A stretch of DNA of 63,658 bases, counting the filler, from Octopus bimaculoides (lineage: Eukaryota): assembly GCF_001194135.2 (NCBI RefSeq). It is 4 parts of 3 records of this genome, joined end to end, with 100 filler letters (N's around TTAATTAATTAA, not from the genome) between each part and the next. Parts side by side here need not be neighbours in the genome. Positions count along the whole stretch, not along the records: positions 29,460 to 48,980 come from NC_068991.1; positions 49,081 to 59,167 come from NW_026371378.1; 2 more parts are not named here. The stretch is one strand, 5' to 3'. Numbering within the stretch: the stretch's first letter is position 1; each line of letters starts with the position of its first letter. This document shows, one piece after another, positions 37,770 to 50,120 of this stretch. The notes under the pieces are model-generated. The model ran no database searches and was not told the origin of the DNA. It saw only the letters and a list, made by a program, of their open reading frames with translations. The position numbers and the translations under genes are program-made.

Positions 37770-38290
37770 TATTATTTTCCTTATCACCTTTCAATTCTGT
37801 TTCCATTTCTTGCCGAGTGTCTTCCTGATACCTAGGATAGAGAAACGCACTGTATACATTGGTCGGCCATTAAAATAAACACACCAAATTGTCCATTTAC
37901 AAAGTCATGTGACAGAAAAAGGGGAAGAAAGACAGAGAGAAAAAATAAAAATATAAAAGTAAACAGAAAATAAAATGGAAAAGGGGGAAGAAAATTCACT
38001 GCGACATTGCTCTTCTCAATACATGTGATGTCGCAGAGAAGACAATCTTTTCCTCTTCCTGTATGGATGGTAAGCCAGGGGTCATACTTAAATAATTTTC
38101 AGTTCCTTTTTTGAACATTCCAACTGCTCCTACAATCACTGGTATTGTAACCGTCTTGAGATGCCACATCTTTCCGGTTTCGATGAGAAAATCTTCATAT
38201 TTTCTTAGCTTATCAAATTCTTTTGCTGAGATATTATGGTCACAGGGTATGCTCATGTCAATCAATAAACAGACTTTATTATCATTGTTA
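37770..38290 (-). mobile_element. 5'-truncated R4/Dong-type LINE (RLE C-terminus plus interrupted 3' UTR)
   Basis: CLLIDMSIPCDHNISAKEFDKLRKYEDFLIETGKMWHLKTVTIPVIVGAVG..TSHVLRRAMSQ* (37996); (AAT)n at both ends. Confidence 0.85.
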
Positions 38291-38427
38291 TTATTATTAC
38301 TATTATTGAGTGAGAGAGCAGTGCATGCCATCAAAATGTTATTGGAATGGTATCAAAAGGAACAAACAAATATGTAAACCAAATTGCTGGCAGCCCCAAG
38401 ATAGTGAATAGCAGAAAATCATACTTA

Positions 38428-38547
38428 TATAGGTGCAGGCGTGGCTGTGTGGTAAGAAGTTTGCGTTTCAACCACATGGTTCTGGGTTCAGTTCCATTGC
38501 GTGTCACTTGGGCAAGTGTCTTCTACTATAACCTCGGGTCAACCAAT
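38428..38547 (+). mobile_element. SINE-B head
   Basis: ggtgcaggcgtggctgtgtggtaagaag..gggttcagttcc..gggcaagtgtcttctactata. Confidence 0.88.
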
Positions 38548-38592
38548 CATGATAATACAACGATGGTGATGATGATGATGATGATGATGATG

Positions 38593-39410
38593 AAATGCCC
38601 TGATTGGAAGTGTTACCATATACATTGTTTTGTCTTGGTATAAAAGATGGGCTACAGCAAATATTCTGCTCAATGCCACAGATTTGCTTGTCAGTTGCTT
38701 GACCTTAACCAGTTGAGGATGTCCTTTGGTACCTGACGATATGTACGTCTCTGATCACGAACAGAAGTAGTGGGGAAGCATTATAGTCATGTGTTGAGAG
38801 GAATTCTTTGAGATTTCAATAATTCACCTTCGGAAATATGCTCATCTTCCTTAAACAACCCTTATTCAGGAATCTTTTGAGCGAGATGGGATACTCGACC
38901 TAACGAAAATGTAATTGGGCCCCACCCGCAAGGTCATGCGCTTTTTATCTTGATATGAGTCAATATATTGCGCACATATAGTTGTGATGCATGTGCCTGG
39001 TGTACCCTCATCAGACGGGTAGTCACGATCTGTATACTGGGCTTCGTATGTTTTACCCCAATGTCATTTTGATGGCATGCACTGCTCTGTCACTTAATAA
39101 TAATAAATGCCCTGATGCAGTACCAAACAGTGCGTCTCATGACTTCTAATCTTAACTGACTGGAAGTGTTATGAACATGTTTTGTCTTGGTATAAAAGAT
39201 GGGCTACAGCAAATATTCTGCTTAATACCACAGATTTGCTTGTCAGCTGCTTGACCATAATCAGTTCAGCATGTCCCTTAATGGCTGACGATATGTGCAT
39301 CTCTGATCACGAGTAGAAGTAGTGGGGGAGCATCATAGCCATGTGTTGAGAGGGATTCTTTGGAATTTGAATAATTCACCACTGAAAGCATGGGTGTTTC
39401 GTTCATCATT
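38593..39410 (+). mobile_element. Family F: non-coding ~0.5-kb element, one near-complete copy (38593-39104) plus a head-to-tail 5' copy (39105-39410)
   Basis: Both copies start aaatgccctgat and share ggaagtgtta..ttttgtcttggtataaaagatgggctacagcaaatattctgc..; copy 1 ends gcactgctctgtcactt(aat)n; an isolated 3' end lies at 38307-38338 (minus). Confidence 0.8.
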
Positions 39411-39824
39411 GCTTTCCATACTTAGAGTTAAAGAAGTCTTAATGACTGAAATGGGTGCTAAAATGTTTTTTATGATAAAATTATTTTAGCATTTTCTACC
39501 TTGACTTTTTTCCTTATATATAGATATATATAAATACATATATNNNNNNNNNNNNNNNNNNNNNNNNNNNNNNNNNNNNNNNNNNNNNNNNNNNNNNNNN
39601 NNNNNNNNNNNNNNNNNNNNNNNNNNNNNNNNNNNNNNNNNNNNNNNNNNNNNNNNNNNNNNNNNNNNNNNNNNNNNNNNNNNNNNNNNNNNNNNNNNNN
39701 NNNNNNNNNNNNNNNNNNNNNNNNNNNNNNNNNNNNNNNNNNNNNNNNNNNNNNNNNNNNNNNNNNNCACAGGTATTTCTTTTCTTAACACTGTCACTGG
39801 TAACTGGTAAGCGCCACTGGTACC

Positions 39825-40150
39825 AGTTACAGGAAACTGAAGTGTCTTGAACTGAAAGGGGAGATCATTTTAGATGAGAAGGATCCTTGGAATGAAGACA
39901 TTCTCACACATCATGTTACCTGTAATTATTGTTGCTTCCAACACATGAGACATGGCTGTTTTAACAACCAACCTTGTTCCATTGCAGAGTCTGGGTGCAT
40001 CAATGTTTCTTAACAGCATTATGGGAGCACCTGTTTTCATGATCAGAATGTGTGGCGGAAATCCTGGTGGTTGAAGTAAACTGAGGAATTCCACTGCGTA
40101 ATGCGTTGCCTGTTCTTGATCAGGGACAGAGTCAGTTGATCTGTATGAAC
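39825..40150 (-). mobile_element. Helitron Rep/helicase fragment (PIF1-like helicase)
   Basis: YRSTDSVPDQEQATHYAVEFLSLLQPPGFPPHILIMKTGAPIMLLRNIDAPRLCNGTRLVVK..VLEATIITG..VFIPRI..PFQFKTLQFPV, including the hallmark IMLLRN..LCNGTRL motif. Confidence 0.92.
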
Positions 40151-40613
40151 ATTCAGGCGTAGGCAGATGATAGAGAGAGAGAGAGAGATGGGAGAGAGAG
40201 GGGGGAAGAAAGACAGATAGAGATTAAGATAGAGAGAGAGAGTTACAAAAATCCTTAGAAGAAAGACAACAGAAATCCTTTGAAGACTGTTTCTATGAGA
40301 AACGTGAAGAGTGAAAGCAATATTATTTATTAAAAAAAAAAAAGAATGAAAACCATATTATTGTATCCCAGGTGAAATTATTCATAGATATAGATAGAGA
40401 GGTAGGTAGAGATAGATAGAGAGATAGTATCAGAAATCCTAAGGAGAAAGACAACAGAAATCCTTACCAAGAATGTTTCTATGAGGAACGTGAAGAGTGA
40501 AAATATATAGGAAGCAGTGGCGTTCATATATTTTCCCCAGGAACCAAAAGACAATGCGACTGAAACGAAATAGAAGCGATTAAAATGTAAATATTCATCA
40601 ACAGCGTTATGCA

Positions 40614-40656
<43 letters not shown>

Positions 40657-41886
40657 CTAGCCACAGTTGCTACGTCAGACATACACGTGTGTATGTAGCT
40701 AGCTGCAGTTGCTACGTCAGTAATGGAAGTTGACATTGAAAACCTTTTTAAAGAAGTGAATCATATATATAAAGTAGTATCTATTTTTATTCAAATCACT
40801 ACGATCGCTTTGACCCATCACGCACTGGTACTACAATTGTCATACATCGTAGGTGCCGACGTGTCACTTCAGGTAACTTTTCAAGAAGTACCTAGTTATT
40901 TATTTGCTGTTTCACTTATTTCTATAACAATACATTTTGGTATTTGTAGTGTAACTCTGCGTCTCCATAAAGAGATCATAGTGACTCTTAGTAAAGAGTC
41001 TCACGAGTGCTATTTTCCTTCTCTCATATTATATACGCTGGACTGCTGAAATCTACAGGTCTCTCTCTCTCTCTCTCTATATATNNNNNNNNNNNNNNNN
41101 NNNNNNNNNNNNNNNNNNNNNNNNNNNNNNNNNNNNNNNNNNNNNNNNNNNNNNNNNNNNNNNNNNNNNNNNNNNNNNNNNNNNNNNNNNNNNNNNNNNN
41201 NNNNNNNNNNNNNNNNNNNNNNNNNNNNNNNNNNNNNNNNNNNNNNNNNNNNNNNNNNNNNNNNNNNNNNNNNNNNNNNNNNNNNNNNNNNNNNNNNNNN
41301 NNNNNNNNNNNNNNNNNNNNNNNNNNNNNNNNNNNNNNNNNNNNNNNNNNNNNNNNNNNNNNNNNNNNNNNNNNNNNNNNNNNNNNNNNNNNNNNNNNNN
41401 NNNNNNNNNNNNNNNNNNNNNNNNNNNNNNNNNNNNNNNNNNNNNNNNNNNNNNNNNNNNNNNNNNNNNNNNNNNNNNNNNNNNNNNNNNNNNNNNNNNN
41501 NNNNNNNNNNNNNNNNNNNNNNNNNNNNNNNNNNNNNNNNNNNNNNNNNNNNNNNNNNNNNNNNNNNNNNNNNNNNNNNNNNNNNNNNNNNNNNNNNNNN
41601 NNNNNNNNNNNNNNNNNNNNNNNNNNNNNNNNNNNNNNNNNNNNNNNNNNNNNNNNNNNNNNNNNNNNNNNNNNNNNNNNNNNNNNNNNNNNNNNNNNNN
41701 NNNNNNNNNNNNNNNNNNNNNNNNNNNNNNNNNNNNNNNNNNNNNNNNNNNNNNNNNNNNNNNNNNNNNNNNNNNNNNNNNNNNNNNNNNNNNNNNNNNN
41801 NNNNNNNNNNNNNNNNNNNNNNNNNNNNNNNNNNNNNNNNNNNNNNNNNNNNNNNNNNNNNNNNNNNNNNNNNNNNNNNNNTATAC

Positions 41887-41923
<37 letters not shown>

Positions 41924-42304
41924 TACGTATACACACACACTCATAGAAAAAGATATTTACATTAAAACTGACAAACTGATTTAGATAAACAAATGAACAG
42001 CAATAAAGAAACGAACTACAACTATTGTTTATGTTTTTGTTTCTTCACCAAATATCCCACGAAACAAGAAAGCGCAACACCACCATTTGGTCAAGAAATT
42101 AAAATGAACATAAGTTTATATTATTCGTTCTTACGTACGTTTCGCCATTATGGTTGCTTAGAACCATGCATTGAATGTTCCGTGTGTATTTGGTTCCTTA
42201 ACCTGAACAGATCATCAGGGAACACTTTATTGCATTAAGTTACAGAATATTAATGTCTATATGCATAAACATTATGCATATATGCATATACACACATACA
42301 TAAG

Positions 42305-42590
42305 TAGAGGGTGTCCAAAAAAGTATACACGCACATTGAATATTTATAAAGTCATTGTTTATTAAAATACTCATTCTTTTCATAATTTAATAGAGCCGAC
42401 AGACAGAATTAAAGTTTTTTTACGAATACCTGTTTTCAAACGGATGACCGTTCTAGCCCAGATACCGCTGACAACGCTATGTAGTTGAATCGCAAACATT
42501 AAGAAACTTTCATTCGGTATTTGTAGGCATTCACGTTCACTGGCTGCCCTCATTTCGCCGACTATTGCCGGTTTTATACTGTACATTTTA
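42305..42590 (-). mobile_element. Tc1/mariner 3' end fragment
   Basis: TIR-like ta(c/g)agggtgtccaaaaaagtatacac; minus strand MRAASERECLQIPNESFL(fs)NVCDSTT*RCQRYLG*NGHPFEN resembles a transposase C-terminus. Confidence 0.6.
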
Positions 42591-42685
42591 ACTTTATAAA
42601 TCCCCTAAAAATAGTCTAGAGTTATAAGGCCCGGTGAATGCAAAGAGTATTCTACGGAACCCCTCTGTCCAATCATTATTGTAGT

Positions 42686-42753
<68 letters not shown>

Positions 42754-44042
42754 TGTGTCTTTGTGAGTCAGAAAGAAGAGACAGTGCCCATGGTCATTGC
42801 AGGCCCTCCGAAACTGATAAGTTTGATGCCGTTTATGTTGCGTTTGAACTGTTACAGCTCAACAGCTGCACGAAAGACGTGAGCAAGATGATTCAACAGG
42901 GCAGATTATTCTGGGGCGCAATGACTGGGAATAAGTGTTAGTGCAGTGCCAAAGGTGTTGGGCATACCAATAATGATGAGAGTTTGAAAGACGGGTGGAT
43001 CGCGGTGCCTGAGTGATGCGGTTACGATATCACCTAGCGCCGAAGACTGTTACTTATTTCTCGATCCCTTATTTAGGAATGACAAAAAAAAATCTTGGCG
43101 GAACTTGAAATCGGTGCGCAGTGAACAAAAGCAAATACCTTAAGACATCTTGATGATGCTCTGACAAATCTGCCAGTAGCCGTCTTGAGAATATATAATT
43201 TTATTAAGAATCACTTATAGAATTTTAATTCTATACACAGTAAAGTGGTGTACCGCCGTGTGCAATCTGCCACACACGTACATACATACAAACATTAACA
43301 TACGAACATTAACACGCATACGTCTGCAGAATCACAAGCATATGTTCAAAGATATATACTTACTCAAACATACACACACGTACATACATGCATGCATACA
43401 TACATACATACATGCATACATACATACATACATACATACAAACATACATACATGCATACATACATACATACATACATACATACATACATACATACATACA
43501 TACATACATACATACATACATACACGCACGCACACGTACACACATATGTGCCCAATAACAGATATCGATAATGAAAATTTTTTGAAACTCATCCAATAAG
43601 CAAATCAGTTTTTGGCGCCATCAGCCGCCATTTGATGTACCATAGTACAGAGAAAAATTTGAAAGAAGGAAAAAAACATGAAAAAGTACTTCATAACGAT
43701 ATCTTGGTAATTTCAACTTTGTCGAACATCGTGAAACCATATTAAAATTTCATCATACCCTTCACTGTTTCATTGCAGGTAATGTAGATGCTGTGGAGTT
43801 CATGCCTTTCACAAGATACTTTAGACTGGATGACTTCTATACCTTTGTCATTTACGCATTTTCCAACGATGATAGAAGTGTGTCTTCTTTCTGTTTGAAG
43901 CTGCTTAAAGCTTGGGAATGGAAACAAAATTAGCAAACACGGAGATACATGTTCGATTTCAAGGCACAGCACATTGGGCACGTGTCTTCTAATCAACCGC
44001 GGGAATGTAGGAGAAAGAAATCCTGGAGAATCCACCGTATGT

Positions 44043-44083
<41 letters not shown>

Positions 44084-44588
44084 TGTACATATATTATGTG
44101 TGCATGGGTGTATGCATGTGTGCAGATGACTGTGTGCGCGCGCGTGCGTGTGTATGTATGTGTGCAATACATGTACCAGTGTTCATAAATATATTCGTTT
44201 GTTCAAAACATGGCTTAGAATCTGCTCATTTATTACAGTTCACGCTTATCAGAGATTCGTATTTTCAGGAAACACGGAACATTTACAGATGCAGCGGATG
44301 GGAGCATCAGTTTCTTGTAACTGAATATATATATATATATATGCTTATACATGTATATATATACACTTATACATATTTATATACTTGTATACACATATGC
44401 ACACACAAATATATGCAAGTTCTATATAAGGATGTATGTATAAGTACTTATTTAAATGTGTAGGTGTATATGTATACAGGTAAATGTGTGTGGCGTATGT
44501 GATGTATATGTTGTATTATGAGACGCAAGGTTACATAAGCCCATAGTTATATATTTATATGTGACTGCTTGCGATTCATATATGCTTG

Positions 44589-44622
<34 letters not shown>

Positions 44623-44632
44623 TATTATATAT

Positions 44633-44666
<34 letters not shown>

Positions 44667-45424
44667 TGTATGTATGTATGTATGAACAGACAAACGCTAA
44701 CACTTTTACACATAATGCTATACATATGTGCGTACAGTTATAGCTAATGCACACGTACGCTCTGTCAATATTATATACATGCATGCACACACACACTTTT
44801 GCGTACACACAGACAAACAAACACATACGCGCACACACATGAACGAACAACGTATACGCCTATGTGCGCATGTATGTGCATACTTCCGAAGTTTGTTTTT
44901 TTGTGGGGGGGGGTGATTTTTTTTGTTTTTGTTTTCTTTGGTTTTAGAAATTGGTGCTTTGGCACCAGTAAGGAGTCCCGGCGGAAAATTTGGTCTATCA
45001 ATACGGCCCCGGTAAGTCTCGACAGTGCAAACGCGACGATAAGAACAAAAAATCGATCAATATAACAAACGGACAACCAATCTTAAACTAACATTGGCAA
45101 TTTGTGGAACTGACCAAAACTAAAATAATTATTAGATAAACAACGTAGCCAACAGACTGTTATGTGATGAGCAGAGTTCCATTTTTTATATTTTATTCTA
45201 TAAATATACATCCACCCTACATATTTTTGTTTATTTATCTCATTAGCTATATATCTATCTATCTACCTTTCTAGCTATCTCTGTAGCTATCTTCCAACCT
45301 CTTTCTCTCTTCACATGTGTGTGTGTGCGTGTGTGTGTGTGTGTGCGTGCATGTCTTTCTACACCAGTCTGTCGATTTACCTCACTATTTACCTATAAAT
45401 CTAACCTAACTACTTCTCCTTGAC

Positions 45425-46431
45425 TGTGTGGTAAGAAGTTTGCTTACCAAACACACGGTTCTGGTTTCAGTTCCACGGCATAGCACCTAGGGCAAGTGTC
45501 TTCTACTAGATCCCAGAACCGATTAAAGCTTGTGAGGGGATCTGGTAGGCGGAAACTGAAACAAGCCCATCGTATATATACATATATATACATATATNNN
45601 NNNNNNNNNNNNNNNNNNNNNNNNNNNNNNNNNNNNNNNNNNNNNNNNNNNNNNNNNNNNNNNNNNNNNNNNNNNNNNNNNNNNNNNNNNNNNNNNNNNN
45701 NNNNNNNNNNNNNNNNNNNNNNNNNNNNNNNNNNNNNNNNNNNNNNNNNNNNNNNNNNNNNNNNNNNNNNNNNNNNNNNNNNNNNNNNNNNNNNNNNNNN
45801 NNNNNNNNNNNNNNNNNNNNNNNNNNNNNNNNNNNNNNNNNNNNNNNNNNNNNNNNNNNNNNNNNNNNNNNNNNNNNNNNNNNNNNNNNNNNNNNNNNNN
45901 NNNNNNNNNNNNNNNNNNNNNNNNNNNNNNNNNNNNNNNNNNNNNNNNNNNNNNNNNNNNNNNNNNNNNNNNNNNNNNNNNNNNNNNNNNNNNNNNNNNN
46001 NNNNNNNNNNNNNNNNNNNNNNNNNNNNNNNNNNNNNNNNNNNNNNNNNNNNNNNNNNNNNNNNNNNNNNNNNNNNNNNNNNNNNNNNNNNNNNNNNNNN
46101 NNNNNNNNNNNNNNNNNNNNNNNNNNNNNNNNNNNNNNNNNNNNNNNNNNNNNNNNNNNNNNNNNNNNNNNNNNNNNNNNNNNNNNNNNNNNNNNNNNNN
46201 NNNNNNNNNNNNNNNNNNNNNNNNNNNNNNNNNNNNNNNNNNNNNTATATATATATATATATATTTATGCGTGTATGTGTGTATATCTTTCTAATGTGTT
46301 TGTCGCACACCAACGCTTAACAAGTGGTGTTGGTGTACTTACGTCTCCATGACTTGACGGTTCGGCAAAAATAAACCAATAGAATAAGTACCAGGCTTAA
46401 AAAATAGTACTGGGGTCAATTCGTATGACTT
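45425..46431 (+). mobile_element. SINE-B spanning an assembly gap in its internal microsatellite
   Basis: Head gactgtgtggtaagaag..ggaaactgaaacaagcccatcg(ta)n, N-gap, then (ta)n..tttgtcgcacaccaacgcttaacaag..agaataagtaccagg tail. Confidence 0.85.
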
Positions 46432-46454
46432 GAGAAAAAGCTTGCATATTTCTA

Positions 46455-47335
46455 CTGTTCCATTCGCAGATTGGACATGTACGGATAAGCCGGTCAATCT
46501 CTCTTTCTGTAAAATCCCAGTTTATCCAGATTCACATTTAAGTATTTACTAACAAAACCTAGTACTCTAATTATTATTGGTATGAATATGATTTCATAGT
46601 CTGGATATAGAAGTTGGAGGTTTCGAAGCAGTTGTCCATAGATATCCTCTTTTTCTTTGATTTTCAAAGAGATGTTTATATCTGCAGGGCAGCTGGCCTC
46701 TATGATGGTACATATCTTTTCCCCTCTGTCCCAAACAACAATATCCGATCTGTTAGGTTTACATTTCACAGAAGTTTTGATGGGAATATTCCACCAGTAT
46801 TCCTTGAGTTGGTGTTGAATGTGTTCCATAACAGAGGGATTTTCTAAGTTTATTTCAGTTTCTTTTTTTGTTTTTTTTGTTTTTGTGGATGGCATTGTAA
46901 ACTGCTTTCGCAACAACATCGTGCTGCATAGGGTGATAGTACCGTGACGACATTTTAGGACAGCTGCTAATCACATGCGTGATGCCTTCCACTGAAGCAT
47001 GCAGTTGCACCTTGAGATTACAAGAGCGTCACTGTCTCTCTTGTTCACCAGGTACAACTTTGTGGCAATCTCTTGTTCCTGGATTGCAAATGCAAAGCCC
47101 TCAAAGCGTGATGTGATGTAGCGGTCTTGTGTCCAAGAGAGGCTGCGCTACCTATCAATTCTACTATCTTTCTCAAGCTTCTGGGCAATATACCCATGCA
47201 TAGTCTATATTTTGTATGCTGAGTGCTTTCCTTCCAGGTCTTTTCTGAAGTAAGAGAGCCCAGTTGTTTGGGGGCTGGATAGGAGATCATCAGGAAGACT
47301 GTGCTTCTTGAGAAGCCCACTATCAAGTCGTATAC
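46455..47335 (-). mobile_element. RLE-type (R4/Dong-like) LINE, 3' coding portion
   Basis: ITSRFEGFAFAIQEQEIATK.., EYWWNIPIKTSVKCKPNRSDIVVWDRGEKICTIIEASCPADIN..KEKEDIYGQL..IPIIIRVLG. Confidence 0.85.
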
Positions 47336-47394
47336 TGTTGTATGCATAAGTGTATGTATGTATGTATGGATGGGTGGATGGATGGATGGATGTA

Positions 47395-47522
47395 AGCCGG
47401 GGAGTTGGCAAAATCGTTCAAACTGCACTGAGGTCGACATTGCCTTTCATCCTTTCGGGGTCGATCTAATCGACTTAACCCATCCCCCGAACTTGCTGAC
47501 CTCGTGCCAAAATTTAAAATCA
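47395..47522 (+). mobile_element. SINE-A, internally deleted
   Basis: gttggcaaaatcgtt..gaggtcgacattgcctttcatcctttcggggtcgatctaatcgac. Confidence 0.8.
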
Positions 47523-47523
47523 A

Positions 47524-47561
<38 letters not shown>

Positions 47562-48067
47562 NNNNNNNNNNNNNNNNNNNNNNNNNNNNNNNNNNNNNNN
47601 NNNNNNNNNNNNNNNNNNNNNNNNNNNNNNNNNNNNNNNNNNNNNNNNNNNNNNNNNNNNNNNNNNNNNNNNNNNNNNNNNNNNNNNNNNNNNNNNNNNN
47701 NNNNNNNNNNNNNNNNNNNNNNNNNNNNNNNNNNNNNNNNNNNNNNNNNNNNNNNNNNNNNNNNNNNNNNNNNNNNNNNNNNNNNNNNNNNNNNNNNNNN
47801 NNNNNNNNNNNNNNNNNNNNNNNNNNNNNNNNNNNNNNNNNNNNNNNNNNNNNNNNNNNNNNNNNNNNNNNNNNNNNNNNNNNNNNNNNNNNNNNNNNNN
47901 NNNNNNNNNNNNNNNNNNNNNNNNNNNNNNNNNNNNNNNNNNNNNNNNNNNNNNNNNNNNNNNNNNNNNNNNNNNNNNNNNNNNNNNNNNNNNNNNNNNN
48001 NNNNNNNNNNNNNNNNNNNNNNNNNNNNNNNNNNNNNNNNNNNNNNNNNNNNNNNNNNNNNNNNNNN

Positions 48068-48103
<36 letters not shown>

Positions 48104-48646
48104 CAATAAGAAAAAGGAGGGGAATATGTGGTATTCATCAACTTGCAGACATTTATTGTGTCAAATTACCTGTTTATTTATTAACTAAGAGGACAATAAA
48201 AACAATATATAAACACATGTGACATATTATGTCATATCAGTAATTAAAAGGACATCTAGTGACCGAAGATGGGACAATGCCTTGCGGCTGTTTCAGTCTA
48301 GAGGTGACATGCCTCATTCTATCTATATAACTCCAGTTGGCTGAAGTAATTGATAGATGAAATGGATGAAATAGAGGTACATGTTTGATTCTCTAGGCCT
48401 CTTCAGAGATTTTATAAAGTTCATGAAGTTAATTTACAATATCCAAATATAAACATATAAAAAATCGTAGAAACTCACATATATATGCAGACTTTAACAT
48501 ATATAGATATATATAAATAAACATAAATACATGAATACATATATGTACATTTAAATGTACATACATAAATGTTTATACATGCACACTAATGAGTCAATTA
48601 TTATTGTCATTATACATGAGGAGGACAAATATATATACCCACCCAC

Positions 48647-48677
<31 letters not shown>

Positions 48678-49080
48678 CACATGTATACATAAGCATTCCT
48701 GTACATACATGTTCCCTGGAACATACGCATTAGTTGCATTTGGAAAGGAGGACTGGCGCATTGGTTCCTATCGCTATATTTCCAGCAAAATGTCCAGACC
48801 TATATATATATATATATATCAGAAACCTATAGGGTACGTATGTGTCAGTCCTGTTTCTAAAGGAGGAATTTATATAAAAAATATTTCGTGAGAGTTGGCA
48901 GTATATTGGATAGATATTACCCCTTAGTGGATTGGATTCACAACCTCTAACTTTCTTGCATTATATATATTTATATGTATNNNNNNNNNNNNNNNNNNNN
49001 NNNNNNNNNNNNNNNNNNNNNNNNTTAATTAATTAANNNNNNNNNNNNNNNNNNNNNNNNNNNNNNNNNNNNNNNNNNNN

Positions 49081-49345
49081 ATCGCCTCGGTGAGGCCCAA
49101 TGTACGAAGGTCTTGCCTCACCACCTCAGCCCAGGTCTTCCTGGGCCTACCTCTTCCACGGGTTCCCTCAACTGTTAGGGTGTGGCACTTTTTCACGCAG
49201 CTATCCTCATCCATTCTCACCACATGTCCATACCAGCGCAATCGTCTCTCTTGCACACCACAACTGATGCTTCTAATGTTCAGCTTTTCTCTCAAGATAC
49301 TTACACCCTGACGGGTATTCACATTGACATTACACATCCAACGGA
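49081..49345 (-). mobile_element. RTE-clade LINE RT C-terminal fragment
   Basis: SMLRWMCNV..LREKLNIRSISCGVQERRLRWYGHVVRMDEDSCVKKCHTLTVEGTRGRGRPRKTWAEVVRQDL: the RLRWYGHV..GRGRPRKTW motif. Confidence 0.9.
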
Positions 49346-49451
49346 GCATACTATATATATACATACATACACATACACTCACACACATATATATATATAT
49401 ACCTCTACACACATATATATATATAGATAGATAGATGATAGATAGATAGAT

Positions 49452-49768
49452 GTACCGCCGTACTGGCACATGTGCTGGTGGTATGTGGAAAACAACATTC
49501 GAGCGTGGTCGTTGCCAGTGTCGCCGGATTGGCTCCTGTGCAGGTAGTACATAAAAAACACCTCTTGAGCATGATCGTTGCCAGAACCGTCTGACTGGTC
49601 CCTGTGCCGGTGTCACATAAAAGCACCCACTACACTCTCGGAGTGGTTGGTGTTAGGAAGGGCATCCAGCTGTAGAAACTTTGCCAGATCAGATTGGAGC
49701 CTGGTGCAGTCCTCAGTCAAACAGTCCAACCTATGCCAGCATGAAAAGTGGACATTGATGATGATGAT
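49452..49768 (+). mobile_element. Family D: RTE-like 3' UTR with an internal ~65-bp duplication and a (GAT)n tail
   Basis: aaagcacccactacactctcggagtggttggtgttaggaagggcatccagc..atgccagcatgaaaagtggacatt(gat)n. Confidence 0.75.
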
Positions 49769-50076
49769 AGAGGAAGGAATAGATAGACAGATAGAAAGGT
49801 AGGTAGATCAATGGCTAGATAGTGATAGAGTAGCGCTATCAGTAAAGATCTTGGACCTGGAAGGTAATTAGCATCAAGCATGTGTCCAGTTTGCAAGAGA
49901 TGGCAAAAAGCAGATGATGTTTGGTCAACAAAGATGATTAATCGATGGACGTTATACACTTTGTCCCACATCAAATTAGATAAAGATTTCGATAAAATCA
50001 CAAAACAGCTCATGGTTAAGCAACAAAGATTGCTTATTATGCAGATATAAATTGAAGGGCATAGGGAGTGATATGA

Positions 50077-50120
<44 letters not shown>

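Noticed and set aside
40723-41049. 108-aa hydrophobic ORF (MEVDIENLFKEV...)
   Set aside because: No recognisable family, AT-driven composition, no supporting exon structure.
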